DNA of 16,732 nt from a candidate division WOR-3 bacterium (GTDB lineage Bacteria > Hydrothermota > Hydrothermia > JBDRYB01): positions 1 through 16,732 of the forward strand of contig JBMFOM010000034.1 of assembly GCA_049969615.1 (NCBI GenBank). Direction: 5' to 3'. Positions 1-7,693 of this stretch are shown here, one piece after another (position 1 is the stretch's first letter; every line of letters begins with the position of its first letter). Both the position numbers and the translations under genes were made by a program. The notes beneath the pieces are model-generated. The model saw nothing but the letters and a program-made list of their open reading frames with translations, searched no databases and had not been told where the DNA came from.

Positions 1-234
1 TGGTGTGGCCGAAACACTTGCCGGATAAGGGTTTGGCCCTCCCACGGCCGAGTTCAGGCCAAAACCCGGCCCTTTTCGGCCCTGTCTTAACAATCCGGGT
101 TCCGCATTTCGCTGATAAAATAAGGCAATTCCCCGATCTTGCCTCGCTAAGTCCTAGAGCCATCGGCGCTTTCGCCGAACTCGTTGATGGACAAGGACTT
201 AGAATGGATCGAAGGTGGGTCGGGTGAGACCCAC

Positions 235-265
235 AAATACTTGATCCTGTGTAGGAAGGTGGGTT
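235..265 (+). repeat. Dispersed ~31-bp intergenic repeat, copy A
   Basis: AAATACTTGATCCTGTGTAGGAAGGTGGGTT; matches the reverse complement of 16063-16092 with 3 mismatches and 1 indel. Confidence 0.7.
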
Positions 266-270
266 ATAAT
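241..270 (+). promoter_or_regulatory. sigma70-type promoter for the T9SS-tail protein
   Basis: TTGATC (241-246), 18-nt spacer, perfect TATAAT (265-270). A short hairpin TTCACC..GGTGAA (271-292) and SD AAGGAGG (294-300) follow, 7 nt before ATG 308. Confidence 0.7.
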
Positions 271-307
271 TTCACCACTACTGAGAGGTGAATAAGGAGG
301 TCAAAAC

Positions 308-1213
308 ATGCTAACGCTAATAAGCAGTATCCTGGCCTTCAACATAGGAGGGCCATACAAGGTCACGGCATCGGGAAACAGCTCCAAGGCAAGCGACACA
401 CTAAAGTATCACACCTGCTACGAGGACGGCACCTGGTATGCTGACGCTTACTCGCCCGCCATAGCGGGGACCAGGTTCAAATTCAAGATATATACTCCGC
501 AGGACAGCATCAAGCTGGACATGCTGGGCATAGCCATAGCCTTCAACTTCGCACCAAACAACTTCTATGACACCATCCAGGTCTATCAGGATGGACGTGG
601 TTCGCCTGACACATACCTTTTTACCCTTGAATTCACGGTGACATACCCCTCCCCAGCAGGCCTGCTCATAGAGGGTGACATCCCGCCTGGAGATGAACCC
701 TTCATAAAGCCCACTGACCCCGGCGACAGCATAATCCTCTGGCTCGTGAGTCCGAACCAAGTTAGTGGGAACGACTCCGCGCTCGTTGCTCTGGACGCGA
801 CTACCAACGACCCATACACATCAAAGATCAACTTCGTGTATGAGGACGCGGGCCCGTGGATGGACATATATACCACCTATGGCGTGGGCAATGACTGGGG
901 CTTCACCATCTGGTATGACCTCTATTCCGATGTCTGGGAGGAGCCGGTTAAGTCCTGCACGGTGGTCAAGGAGATAAGGCCAAACCCCGCTAGCTCAAAG
1001 GCCAGACTGGATTTTTCGGTGCCCGATAGGTCAAATGTTGATGTGGGGATATATGACCTAGCCGGCCGTCAAGCAATGAACGTATTCAAGGGTTCGGTTG
1101 ACATAGGCTGGCACAACATTGACCTTGATGTCTCTGACCTGGCTCCGGGAAATTACATGGTCAGAGTCTCAACGACCTATGGGACAGAGATAAAACTACT
1201 GACGGTCAAATAG
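308..1213 (+). CDS. Secreted protein with C-terminal T9SS type A sorting (Por secretion tail / FlgD-Ig-like) domain
   Basis: 301-aa ORF with strong SD. The last ~80 aa (PNPASSKARLDFSVP..VDVGIYDLAGRQ..SDLAPGNYMVRV..KLLTVK) match the PNP / IYDxxGR / LxxGxY / KxxxxK pattern of this tail. Short hydrophobic N-terminus; N-terminal domain not recognised. Confidence 0.85.
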   Translation: MLTLISSILAFNIGGPYKVTASGNSSKASDTLKYHTCYEDGTWYADAYSPAIAGTRFKFKIYTPQDSIKLDMLGIAIAFNFAPNNFYDTIQVYQDGRGSPDTYLFTLEFTVTYPSPAGLLIEGDIPPGDEPFIKPTDPGDSIILWLVSPNQVSGNDSALVALDATTNDPYTSKINFVYEDAGPWMDIYTTYGVGNDWGFTIWYDLYSDVWEEPVKSCTVVKEIRPNPASSKARLDFSVPDRSNVDVGIYDLAGRQAMNVFKGSVDIGWHNIDLDVSDLAPGNYMVRVSTTYGTEIKLLTVK

Positions 1214-1876
1214 CGAGACCTCACGCATAAACGCTTCCCTAATGGCCAGGGAGGAGGGATTATAGCTCTCGTTCCTGTCCCTTTCCGGGTGCCATTGGAC
1301 AGCTAGAGTAAAGGGTTCGCCCGGTAATTCAACGGCTTCAATTGTGCCATCCTCAGCCGTGGCAGATACCACCAGGCCATCACCCAAGCTATCAATGGCC
1401 TGGTGGTGAGCGCTATTGACCTCAGTGGTTCCCTCACCTAGTATGGCGTGGAGTCTCGTTCCCTCAACTATTTTTATCCGATGCCTTCTATCTATCTTTT
1501 GATCGCCGGCATCAAGAGCAGAGTGGCCCTCTATGTTCCCTATGAGGGTTCCGCCGAAAAAAACATTTAGCACCTGGATTCCCCTACATATGCCGAGGAT
1601 GGGAACCCGTCTCTTTGTTGCAATCTCCAGAAGCCTGAACTCGAGCTCATCTCTATTGGGATCAACCAACTCACAGGCGGAAGGGTCTCCGCGGTAAAGA
1701 TCCGGGTGCACATCCCCACCGCCGGATAACACGAGGCCGGAGAAACTATGGGGAATAGATGAAGCCGGCGTTATAAGCCTGGAATCCGGCCCAATCCAAT
1801 AGAGGTAGTTGCAATAGGATGGCTTCACCAGAGATGGCCCGGTAACCAGAATCAGCTTCTCACAATAAGCGCTCAT
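1196..1876 (-). CDS. Gamma-glutamyl-gamma-aminobutyrate hydrolase family protein (peptidase C26, class I glutamine amidotransferase-like)
   Basis: Motifs LSGGGDVHP, catalytic Cys in LGICRGIQVLNV, VNSAHHQA and His-Glu in VQWHPE. 3' end overlaps the convergent ORF 308-1213 by 18 nt. Confidence 0.88.
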   Translation of the reverse strand: MSAYCEKLILVTGPSLVKPSYCNYLYWIGPDSRLITPASSIPHSFSGLVLSGGGDVHPDLYRGDPSACELVDPNRDELEFRLLEIATKRRVPILGICRGIQVLNVFFGGTLIGNIEGHSALDAGDQKIDRRHRIKIVEGTRLHAILGEGTTEVNSAHHQAIDSLGDGLVVSATAEDGTIEAVELPGEPFTLAVQWHPERDRNESYNPSSLAIREAFMREVSLFDRQ

Positions 1877-1936
1877 AATCCAAATGAATCAACGGCCTCA
1901 TCCACCAGAAAAACCCAAGCAAAGATCGCGCCTAGA

Positions 1937-3964
1937 TCAATCCTTTGTCGTAAGCCAGTATGCCAGGCCTACGCCTCCACCTATCAGAACGCTGAACCCA
2001 AAGAAGGTCAGGAAAACCTTGCCAGTGGTGGAGGTCTTGAACTCGTAGTTGGCCTTTACTGGTTTGGAAAGAGGCTGAAGCATTCCGCTAGCGATCACAA
2101 GATATTTGCCGGACGGGGTGGAGCCAGGAATCTGCGCCTCTGCTTTAAGGAAATCCGGCTTGCCCTGCTCCAGCTCTGGAACGGTCTTTGTCTTTATCAC
2201 TGGAACCGCGGCGCCTATTCCCATCTTACCCTGCCTCTCAACCATGAAAGTGTAGAAGTTCGGCATGACCTTGCCCGGATAGTATGAATATATCTGTATC
2301 CTGTGCTCGTAGGTCTTGCCAGCGAGCTCCCCAAACCAAAGGCATCCGGGGGTTGAAACCTTACCCAGGGAAAGCCAGACCTCGTCATAGGCATTTGCCT
2401 CTTCCTTGAAGTTCCTGACTGCCTCGCCGGGTTTCAAGGGCTGGACCTCAAAGTCGCCCTGAACCTTGAAAGAATAGCGTCCCGGCTCCTTTGTGTCGGC
2501 AAAAAGCGCGGTATAGCGGCCATCGTTCGCTCGCTCATCACCGCCAGTGCCGTTATCCAGAAGGGTCAGGGTGGTCACGTCAAACTTCGGCCCTGTTGCA
2601 GTCACGGTGTAGTTCTCCCTGGTGAAGACACGGCCGCCTTTGTTGACAACAAACGCGGAGACTTTCATCGGCTCCCCGATGAATCCGGGGTTCTCAACGC
2701 TTACGACTATCTTGGGCTTGTAGGTTATTTTTAGGGCTTTCTTGACCCGTATCTCCGAGCCGGTTTTCTTGTGCCTGATGACAACCGTGATGTGATAATC
2801 TCCCTCTGTGGGTATTGAATAATATGACCTTCCCAGGATTCCATCGTTGGGCATTCCATCGTCGTGCTTGCCGTCATCATATAGCATGAATGACTCTGAC
2901 CTGCCGTCGGGATAGTGCAGGTAGGCCTCGCCTGAAAAATCCTGCGGGAATATGGGCTTGCCTGGCTCCGTCGGTACAAGCTTCACTTGCACGACCACAG
3001 GCTCATCAATGGGCAGTTCCGGATCCGCGGGCTTCAGTATCTTGGGTATAACAATGGAATACATAACTGCCCCGCGATCCTTGAAAACCACCTTCCAGAT
3101 GCCGGGCATGGGCTTGGTCACCTTTATCAGAATGTAAGCCTTTTCCTTTACCCTCTCGCCTTCAACCGGATTGCCAGCCGGGTCAATGAGCTCAACAGTC
3201 TCGCCTTTTTTCTTGCCCGTGACTATGGTTATCTCGGATATGGATTCGTCTATGACGAGTTCCTCGGTTTGGCCACCCTGCTGGACTGGGTGATAGCGCC
3301 TGACGAACCTGAGCAAAAAGTCCTCAAAAACCTTAAGGTATGCGTCCGGAACCTCTGATGGCCCCTTGACCTCGTAATAATCCCCGCCGGTTTGACGGGC
3401 AAGGTCCTTGTATATGGTGGTCCCGGTGGTAAAAGCAACGGTATAGATTGGCCAGTTCCTCAGGTTGTAGTTGCCAGCAAGGCGACTAGCCTTCTCCTTG
3501 TAGGCGAATATGTCCGTGCCCTGGGGAATATCACGCTCGGTTATCTCGCCATCAGTCATTATCACTACAAAGGCCTGGTTCAGACCATCCCTCTTTTCAA
3601 GGAGATCGTATGTCACCTCAAGGCCCGAGTTTATGTCCGTAAGGGGAGCGTTCCTGTCCAGCTTTCCTATTGACTTTTTGATGCCGGTGTAGGCGGAGTC
3701 CAGAATCGTGAATGGCATGAGCACCCTCGCTCCATCGCCGTAGGAGACCACCGCGACCCTGGCCTCTTTGCCGAACAGTCTCGCTATGTCCAGAAGGAGC
3801 TTCGCGGCCTCGTCAGCAAACCTATTGGGGTCAAGTTTCTTCATGCTCCCGGACTCATCCATGAGCATTACTATGTCCACTCCCTGCTCCTCCTGGGTTC
3901 CGGACAGACCAGCCCCGGAGATCTGTGACAGCTCAAGCGTGGTTAAGATAGCGAGAAAAGACAT
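1937..3964 (-). CDS. Membrane-anchored VWA-domain protein with two CLCA-like/choice-of-anchor-X (LxDxG..DG) Ig-like modules
   Basis: 675 aa with SD AGGAGG. MIDAS DESGS plus T(DIN) and MTDG. Repeats LYDDGKHDDGMPNDGILG and LLDNGTGGDERANDGRYTA. C-terminal TM segment VFLTFFGFSVLIGGGVGLAYWL. Confidence 0.85.
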   Translation of the reverse strand: MSFLAILTTLELSQISGAGLSGTQEEQGVDIVMLMDESGSMKKLDPNRFADEAAKLLLDIARLFGKEARVAVVSYGDGARVLMPFTILDSAYTGIKKSIGKLDRNAPLTDINSGLEVTYDLLEKRDGLNQAFVVIMTDGEITERDIPQGTDIFAYKEKASRLAGNYNLRNWPIYTVAFTTGTTIYKDLARQTGGDYYEVKGPSEVPDAYLKVFEDFLLRFVRRYHPVQQGGQTEELVIDESISEITIVTGKKKGETVELIDPAGNPVEGERVKEKAYILIKVTKPMPGIWKVVFKDRGAVMYSIVIPKILKPADPELPIDEPVVVQVKLVPTEPGKPIFPQDFSGEAYLHYPDGRSESFMLYDDGKHDDGMPNDGILGRSYYSIPTEGDYHITVVIRHKKTGSEIRVKKALKITYKPKIVVSVENPGFIGEPMKVSAFVVNKGGRVFTRENYTVTATGPKFDVTTLTLLDNGTGGDERANDGRYTALFADTKEPGRYSFKVQGDFEVQPLKPGEAVRNFKEEANAYDEVWLSLGKVSTPGCLWFGELAGKTYEHRIQIYSYYPGKVMPNFYTFMVERQGKMGIGAAVPVIKTKTVPELEQGKPDFLKAEAQIPGSTPSGKYLVIASGMLQPLSKPVKANYEFKTSTTGKVFLTFFGFSVLIGGGVGLAYWLTTKD

Positions 3965-4049
3965 CTTTCCTCCTCACGGCCAAATTCTAAAGCTATTTGC
4001 AAGGGTTATTCCACTAGTAGAGGTTTTAGGGGTTGACGCTACAAAATCA

Positions 4050-5318
4050 TCAGAATTCCTCGGCAATAACCCTCCGTTTTATTACCTCGGCCCTGTCGCT
4101 TCCGTATGAGAGCAAGGTAACCGGAACGCCAACCTCCTCCTCAACCATCTTTATGAACTCAAGTGCCTCGTGGGGGATGCGCTCGCCGGTGAATATGCCC
4201 CATCCCTTCATTGATTTATAGATTGGCTTGACGGATTCCAGCCCATAGATAGGGAAATCCTTTGTCTTGCCGGTTGGGGTCTGGTAGGCAACCGCGACCT
4301 GGACCTCCGGGAGTCCAGAGAAGACATCTAGTTTGGTCATCATTATCTCGGTCGCACCGTTGAGCCTCACCGCATAGCGCAACGCGGGTAGATCAAGCCA
4401 ACCGCATCTCCTTGGCCTTCCTGTTGCGGCACCGTATTCCCCGCCCTTTTCCCTGATATAAGAATTCATTTCCTCATCCATCTCGGTAGGGAAAGGCCCC
4501 TCACCCACTCTGGTGGTATAGGCCTTTGTGATTCCAATGATCCTGTTTATCATGTATGGTGGAATGCCCAATCCAACCGCCGCGGCACCGGCGATGCAAT
4601 GCGATGAGGTCACAAAGGGATATGTGCCAAAATTGACATCCAGCAGGGTTCCCTGTGCTCCCTCCAGAAGGACCTTCTCGTTCCTGTGTTCCCAGAGGAA
4701 GCCCGCGAGATCGCCCAAATATGGCAGGATTTCATCGCGGAATGGCTCCACTGAATCAATCACCTCCTGGACAGAGAAGGGGCTTTGACCGAACATGCAC
4801 TCAAGGATAGGATTGTTGAAGGAAAGGGAGCGCTCAATTGCTTTGGTGAGGAGTTCCGGGTACTTGAGAAGCCCTATCCTGACACCATATCGGGCATATC
4901 TATCCCTGTATGAAGGGCCTATTCCCCTCTGGGTGGTGCCTATCTTGGGAGCCTTATCGGACTCCTCAAGTCTCTTATCCTCCAGCTTGTGGAAAGGCAG
5001 GACTAGCTGTGCCCTCTCGTCAATTATGAGTCTATCCCGGAGGGGGCCGGAGGCCTTTTCAACCACCTTGATTTCCGAACAAAGCGCTCCTAGATCAACC
5101 GCTACGCCGGCCCCTATGCCGCCCTTTGTTCCCTGACGAAGGAGCCCGGTGGGCAAAAGATGGAGGACGTAGTTCTTCTTACCTATGTTGACCGTGTGGC
5201 CAGCGTTGGCACCGCCCTGGAATCTCGCGACTATACCAAACTCGCCCGAAAGGTAATCGGCTATCTTGCCCTTTCCCTCATCGCCCCACTGCAGTCCAAC
5301 CAGAACCGTAAAAGGCAT
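4050..5318 (-). CDS. purA: Adenylosuccinate synthetase
   Basis: GLQWGDEGKGK, RFQGGANAGHT, EGAQG..D..FGTYPFVTSS, TTRVGEGPFPTE, GAATGRPRRCGWLD, TKLDV. Start set at ATG 5318 (MPFTVLVGLQW) to match the family N-terminus; the ORF track extends to GTG 5339. Confidence 0.97.
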   Translation of the reverse strand: MPFTVLVGLQWGDEGKGKIADYLSGEFGIVARFQGGANAGHTVNIGKKNYVLHLLPTGLLRQGTKGGIGAGVAVDLGALCSEIKVVEKASGPLRDRLIIDERAQLVLPFHKLEDKRLEESDKAPKIGTTQRGIGPSYRDRYARYGVRIGLLKYPELLTKAIERSLSFNNPILECMFGQSPFSVQEVIDSVEPFRDEILPYLGDLAGFLWEHRNEKVLLEGAQGTLLDVNFGTYPFVTSSHCIAGAAAVGLGIPPYMINRIIGITKAYTTRVGEGPFPTEMDEEMNSYIREKGGEYGAATGRPRRCGWLDLPALRYAVRLNGATEIMMTKLDVFSGLPEVQVAVAYQTPTGKTKDFPIYGLESVKPIYKSMKGWGIFTGERIPHEALEFIKMVEEEVGVPVTLLSYGSDRAEVIKRRVIAEEF

Positions 5319-5325
5319 AATTTTC

Positions 5326-5355
5326 AATTTCCAAGCCACGGCCCCCGGTTCCCAA
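5326..5355 (-). promoter_or_regulatory. Putative leaderless promoter of purA
   Basis: Minus strand TTGGGA (5355-5350), 18 nt, GAAATT (5331-5326), 7 nt, ATG 5318; no SD. The -10 is weak, so support comes mainly from geometry shared with other promoters. Confidence 0.35.
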
Positions 5356-5388
5356 CAGCAACGAGGAACAGGGGACGATAAACTGGTT

Positions 5389-5775
5389 TCATAGCTTTAT
5401 CTTTTCCGCTATGGCGGCCAACATGGGCATTTTCCACATCTCTCCGGACAAGGATTTGACGATACCTATTATTGAAAGAACCAGCGCGAGAATGTATATG
5501 GCTATCTGGAGAACGCCCAATCCAAGATCAACACAGCATCCAGCATAGGGGATGTCAATCATGGAAATGATGATGTGGAGGATCAATTGCAATATCCCGA
5601 CCACGAAACCGACGATCCAGACCCCGAACAAGACTATGCCCTGTCTCACATGGAACATAGTATAGGGGTTCTGACGCTGAGTGAATAGAGGCACCAGGAA
5701 AAGGATGCCCAAGTAGGAGAGCCACGCGAGGACCTTTCCTTCCTCAACAGCCTTTGGGTCCATATCTTCGTTCAT
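5389..5775 (-). CDS. DUF4870/Tic20-like small membrane protein
   Basis: Pattern KVLAWLSYLGILFLVPL..FHVRQGIVLF..LSIIGIVKSLSGEMWKMP with three hydrophobic segments. ATG 5775 is preceded by SD AAGGAG; the ORF-track extension to 5865 overlaps the upstream gene. Confidence 0.85.
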   Translation of the reverse strand: MNEDMDPKAVEEGKVLAWLSYLGILFLVPLFTQRQNPYTMFHVRQGIVLFGVWIVGFVVGILQLILHIIISMIDIPYAGCCVDLGLGVLQIAIYILALVLSIIGIVKSLSGEMWKMPMLAAIAEKIKL

Positions 5776-5797
5776 CTCAATCTCCTTTTCTATCGTG

Positions 5798-6304
5798 TTA
5801 TGGGAAAAAACGCGCCCTGCCACCCAAAATCCACAACCCACCATCGCCCATGTGTCTGTCAACAAATAGGCATAGCCCTAACTTTTCCCAGTTCCAGCCC
5901 AGGCCACCCCCACCGAGAAAAACCCACTTGCTCGGATATTCGTCCAGGGTATAACCGGCGTCATCAGTCACCCTCTCAGAGGTATGAAAGGAAGTTCCGA
6001 GCCAGAGGCTGATCTCAGAGCGCCCAAGGATCACGGATGGGCCGAGCGTGAAATTCAGGGCATCAAGGGAACGAGTGGCAGGAATTTGACCCGGAACATA
6101 ACCACCGCCTGAGATGCTGGCCGTCGTGTCAAATGTGGTCTCAGAGGAAAGCTTGGAATAGGAGGCAAATATGGAAAAACGGGCCCTCTGAGTGTTGGCC
6201 AAAAGCCCGCCCTCAACACCTAGTCCGAGGCCAGAACCATCGGGTGCCTGAACCATCCCGGCCAGGAGGCCAAAGAAAGTCCGCAGATAAAAGGGATGTA
6301 TCAT
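5798..6304 (-). CDS. Hypothetical protein, possibly a small outer-membrane beta-barrel
   Basis: 168 aa, ATGA-coupled to the upstream gene. Gly/aromatic-rich alternating strands (GLGLGVEGG, FSIFASYS, FLGGGGLGWNW) and terminal LGGRARFFP. The barrel call is inference. Confidence 0.6.
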   Translation of the reverse strand: MIHPFYLRTFFGLLAGMVQAPDGSGLGLGVEGGLLANTQRARFSIFASYSKLSSETTFDTTASISGGGYVPGQIPATRSLDALNFTLGPSVILGRSEISLWLGTSFHTSERVTDDAGYTLDEYPSKWVFLGGGGLGWNWEKLGLCLFVDRHMGDGGLWILGGRARFFP

Positions 6305-7038
6305 TTCTCCTCCCAGAAGAGCATCCGTTCCTTGAACTTCATGAGAAGGGCCTGATCGCCATCGGTAAGGCGAAGGAACTCATCCCAGGCTTCCTGGGTC
6401 TTTCCCATGTGAAACAGATATGCTGAATAAGCCGTGGCGTAAGCCCTCTTCTTGAAGGGGTTGGCCTCCATTCTGATCTTGGCCAGGAGACCCTCAAGCC
6501 GAGCGGTATAGTATTCGGCATAGGCCTCGGGAAACTCCTCCCAGTAACCGCCCCTGCTTTTTCTCAGCGCGACCGTGACCCACGGCACCTCAAGGCCCTC
6601 AAACCTCTCAACCCTTTTATCCGCAACCAGAAGCTCAGGGACCTCGTCGCCATTCACATCCTCATAGGAAACTATCTCAGCCCAGCCGGGTATAGAGAAG
6701 ATTATCTCCCTGGGGCCAAAAGGCGCGAGCGAGTAAGCGACCAGCTTCATCGTTTCCTCGCCAGCCATTATAACAACCACATCCGGGTTGCCGTCTCCAT
6801 CTATGTCCTCGCCAGTGTCCTTATCCAGAAAGAGAAACGGCCACTGGTTGTCCCCGAGGGTCAAAAGGGTGTCCCCTCCTCTGAGCAGAAACAGCCTTGT
6901 GCCCATTACATCAGCTTCTTCGCCTTCGCCAAGAGCAATGGAATAGACCTTCACCTGGTATCCGACCAGTTCAAGGCTGTCCGCCAGAACGAGGGTGGGT
7001 TTCTGCGCGACCAGAAACCCGGCCAGAATTACGAGCAT
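6301..7038 (-). CDS. Hypothetical exported protein with two FG-GAP/VCBS-like DxDGDG motifs
   Basis: 245 aa starting 1 nt after the divIVA-like stop. DIDGDGNPDVVV and DVNGDEVPELLV motifs, hydrophobic N-terminus, helical C-terminal region. Confidence 0.7.
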   Translation of the reverse strand: MLVILAGFLVAQKPTLVLADSLELVGYQVKVYSIALGEGEEADVMGTRLFLLRGGDTLLTLGDNQWPFLFLDKDTGEDIDGDGNPDVVVIMAGEETMKLVAYSLAPFGPREIIFSIPGWAEIVSYEDVNGDEVPELLVADKRVERFEGLEVPWVTVALRKSRGGYWEEFPEAYAEYYTARLEGLLAKIRMEANPFKKRAYATAYSAYLFHMGKTQEAWDEFLRLTDGDQALLMKFKERMLFWEEK

Positions 7039-7039
7039 A

Positions 7040-7693
7040 TCACTTGGCCTTGTATCTCGTTATGATGTCGCTGAACTCTCGGAGGGTCTGCTCCGCCCTG
7101 CCGATAAAATCCTCTTTCAGGTGCGAGAGGCGCTCGGTCTCGTTCCTGAGGCTTTCCAACTCATCCTCCAACTCCTTCCTGCGTCTGGAGAGCTCCAGCT
7201 CCAGATCCCTGAGCCTGGCCTTGGCCTCTTCCTCTGCCTCTGACTTTATTTTCTCAGCGAGCTCCTCCGCGTGCTTGATTATCTTCGCGGCCATGTCAGG
7301 GGCTTCACCAGCGCTCATGGCCTCCGAGGCCTTCTTTGTGAGCTCAGCTTTTTCCTTTTCAAGGGTCTCAATCCTGGCTTTGAGGGAAGCTATCTCCGCG
7401 GCTGCTTCCGGACTCCCGCCTCCTCCGCTAGCCATGAGGGTCCTGAGCTCTTCTTCCAGCGCGGCCATCTTTACTGCTACAGCCTCCAGGAATTCCTTGA
7501 CTTCCTGGGGATCATATCCCTTTACCCGCTGGGTGAAATCCCTAGCCGCTACATCCCTGGCCGTTATGTCGGGGATCTTCTTTTCTGCCGCGGGTTTAGT
7601 CTCTGCCTCAGCCCCTTCCTTCTTGGTCAAGGGGCCTTTGGCCTCTATGCTCATTCCAGCTACCTTGATCTTTGGCTTCTTTTCATCTGTCAT
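7040..7693 (-). CDS. divIVA: DivIVA-domain coiled-coil protein
   Basis: ITARDVAARDFTQRVKGYDPQEVKEFLEAVA fits the DivIVA N-terminal signature (T..D....F....GY...EV..FL..V), followed by a long E/K/A coiled coil (IIKHAEELAEKIKSEAEEEA). SD AAGGAGG; overlaps gpsA by 11 nt. Confidence 0.8.
   Translation of the reverse strand: MTDEKKPKIKVAGMSIEAKGPLTKKEGAEAETKPAAEKKIPDITARDVAARDFTQRVKGYDPQEVKEFLEAVAVKMAALEEELRTLMASGGGGSPEAAAEIASLKARIETLEKEKAELTKKASEAMSAGEAPDMAAKIIKHAEELAEKIKSEAEEEAKARLRDLELELSRRRKELEDELESLRNETERLSHLKEDFIGRAEQTLREFSDIITRYKAK

Noticed and set aside
1-75. Minus strand ends in ..CACCA like a tRNA 3' end
   Set aside because: No TTC-RA T-loop or cloverleaf; the CCA coincides with the arbitrary window edge.
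134-211. Integron attC site
   Set aside because: No RYYYAAC..GTTRRRY boundaries, no cassette array and no integrase in the window.
3-227. 74-aa + strand ORF
   Set aside because: No recognisable motif, start at the window edge, and it runs through a palindrome-rich region better explained as non-coding.
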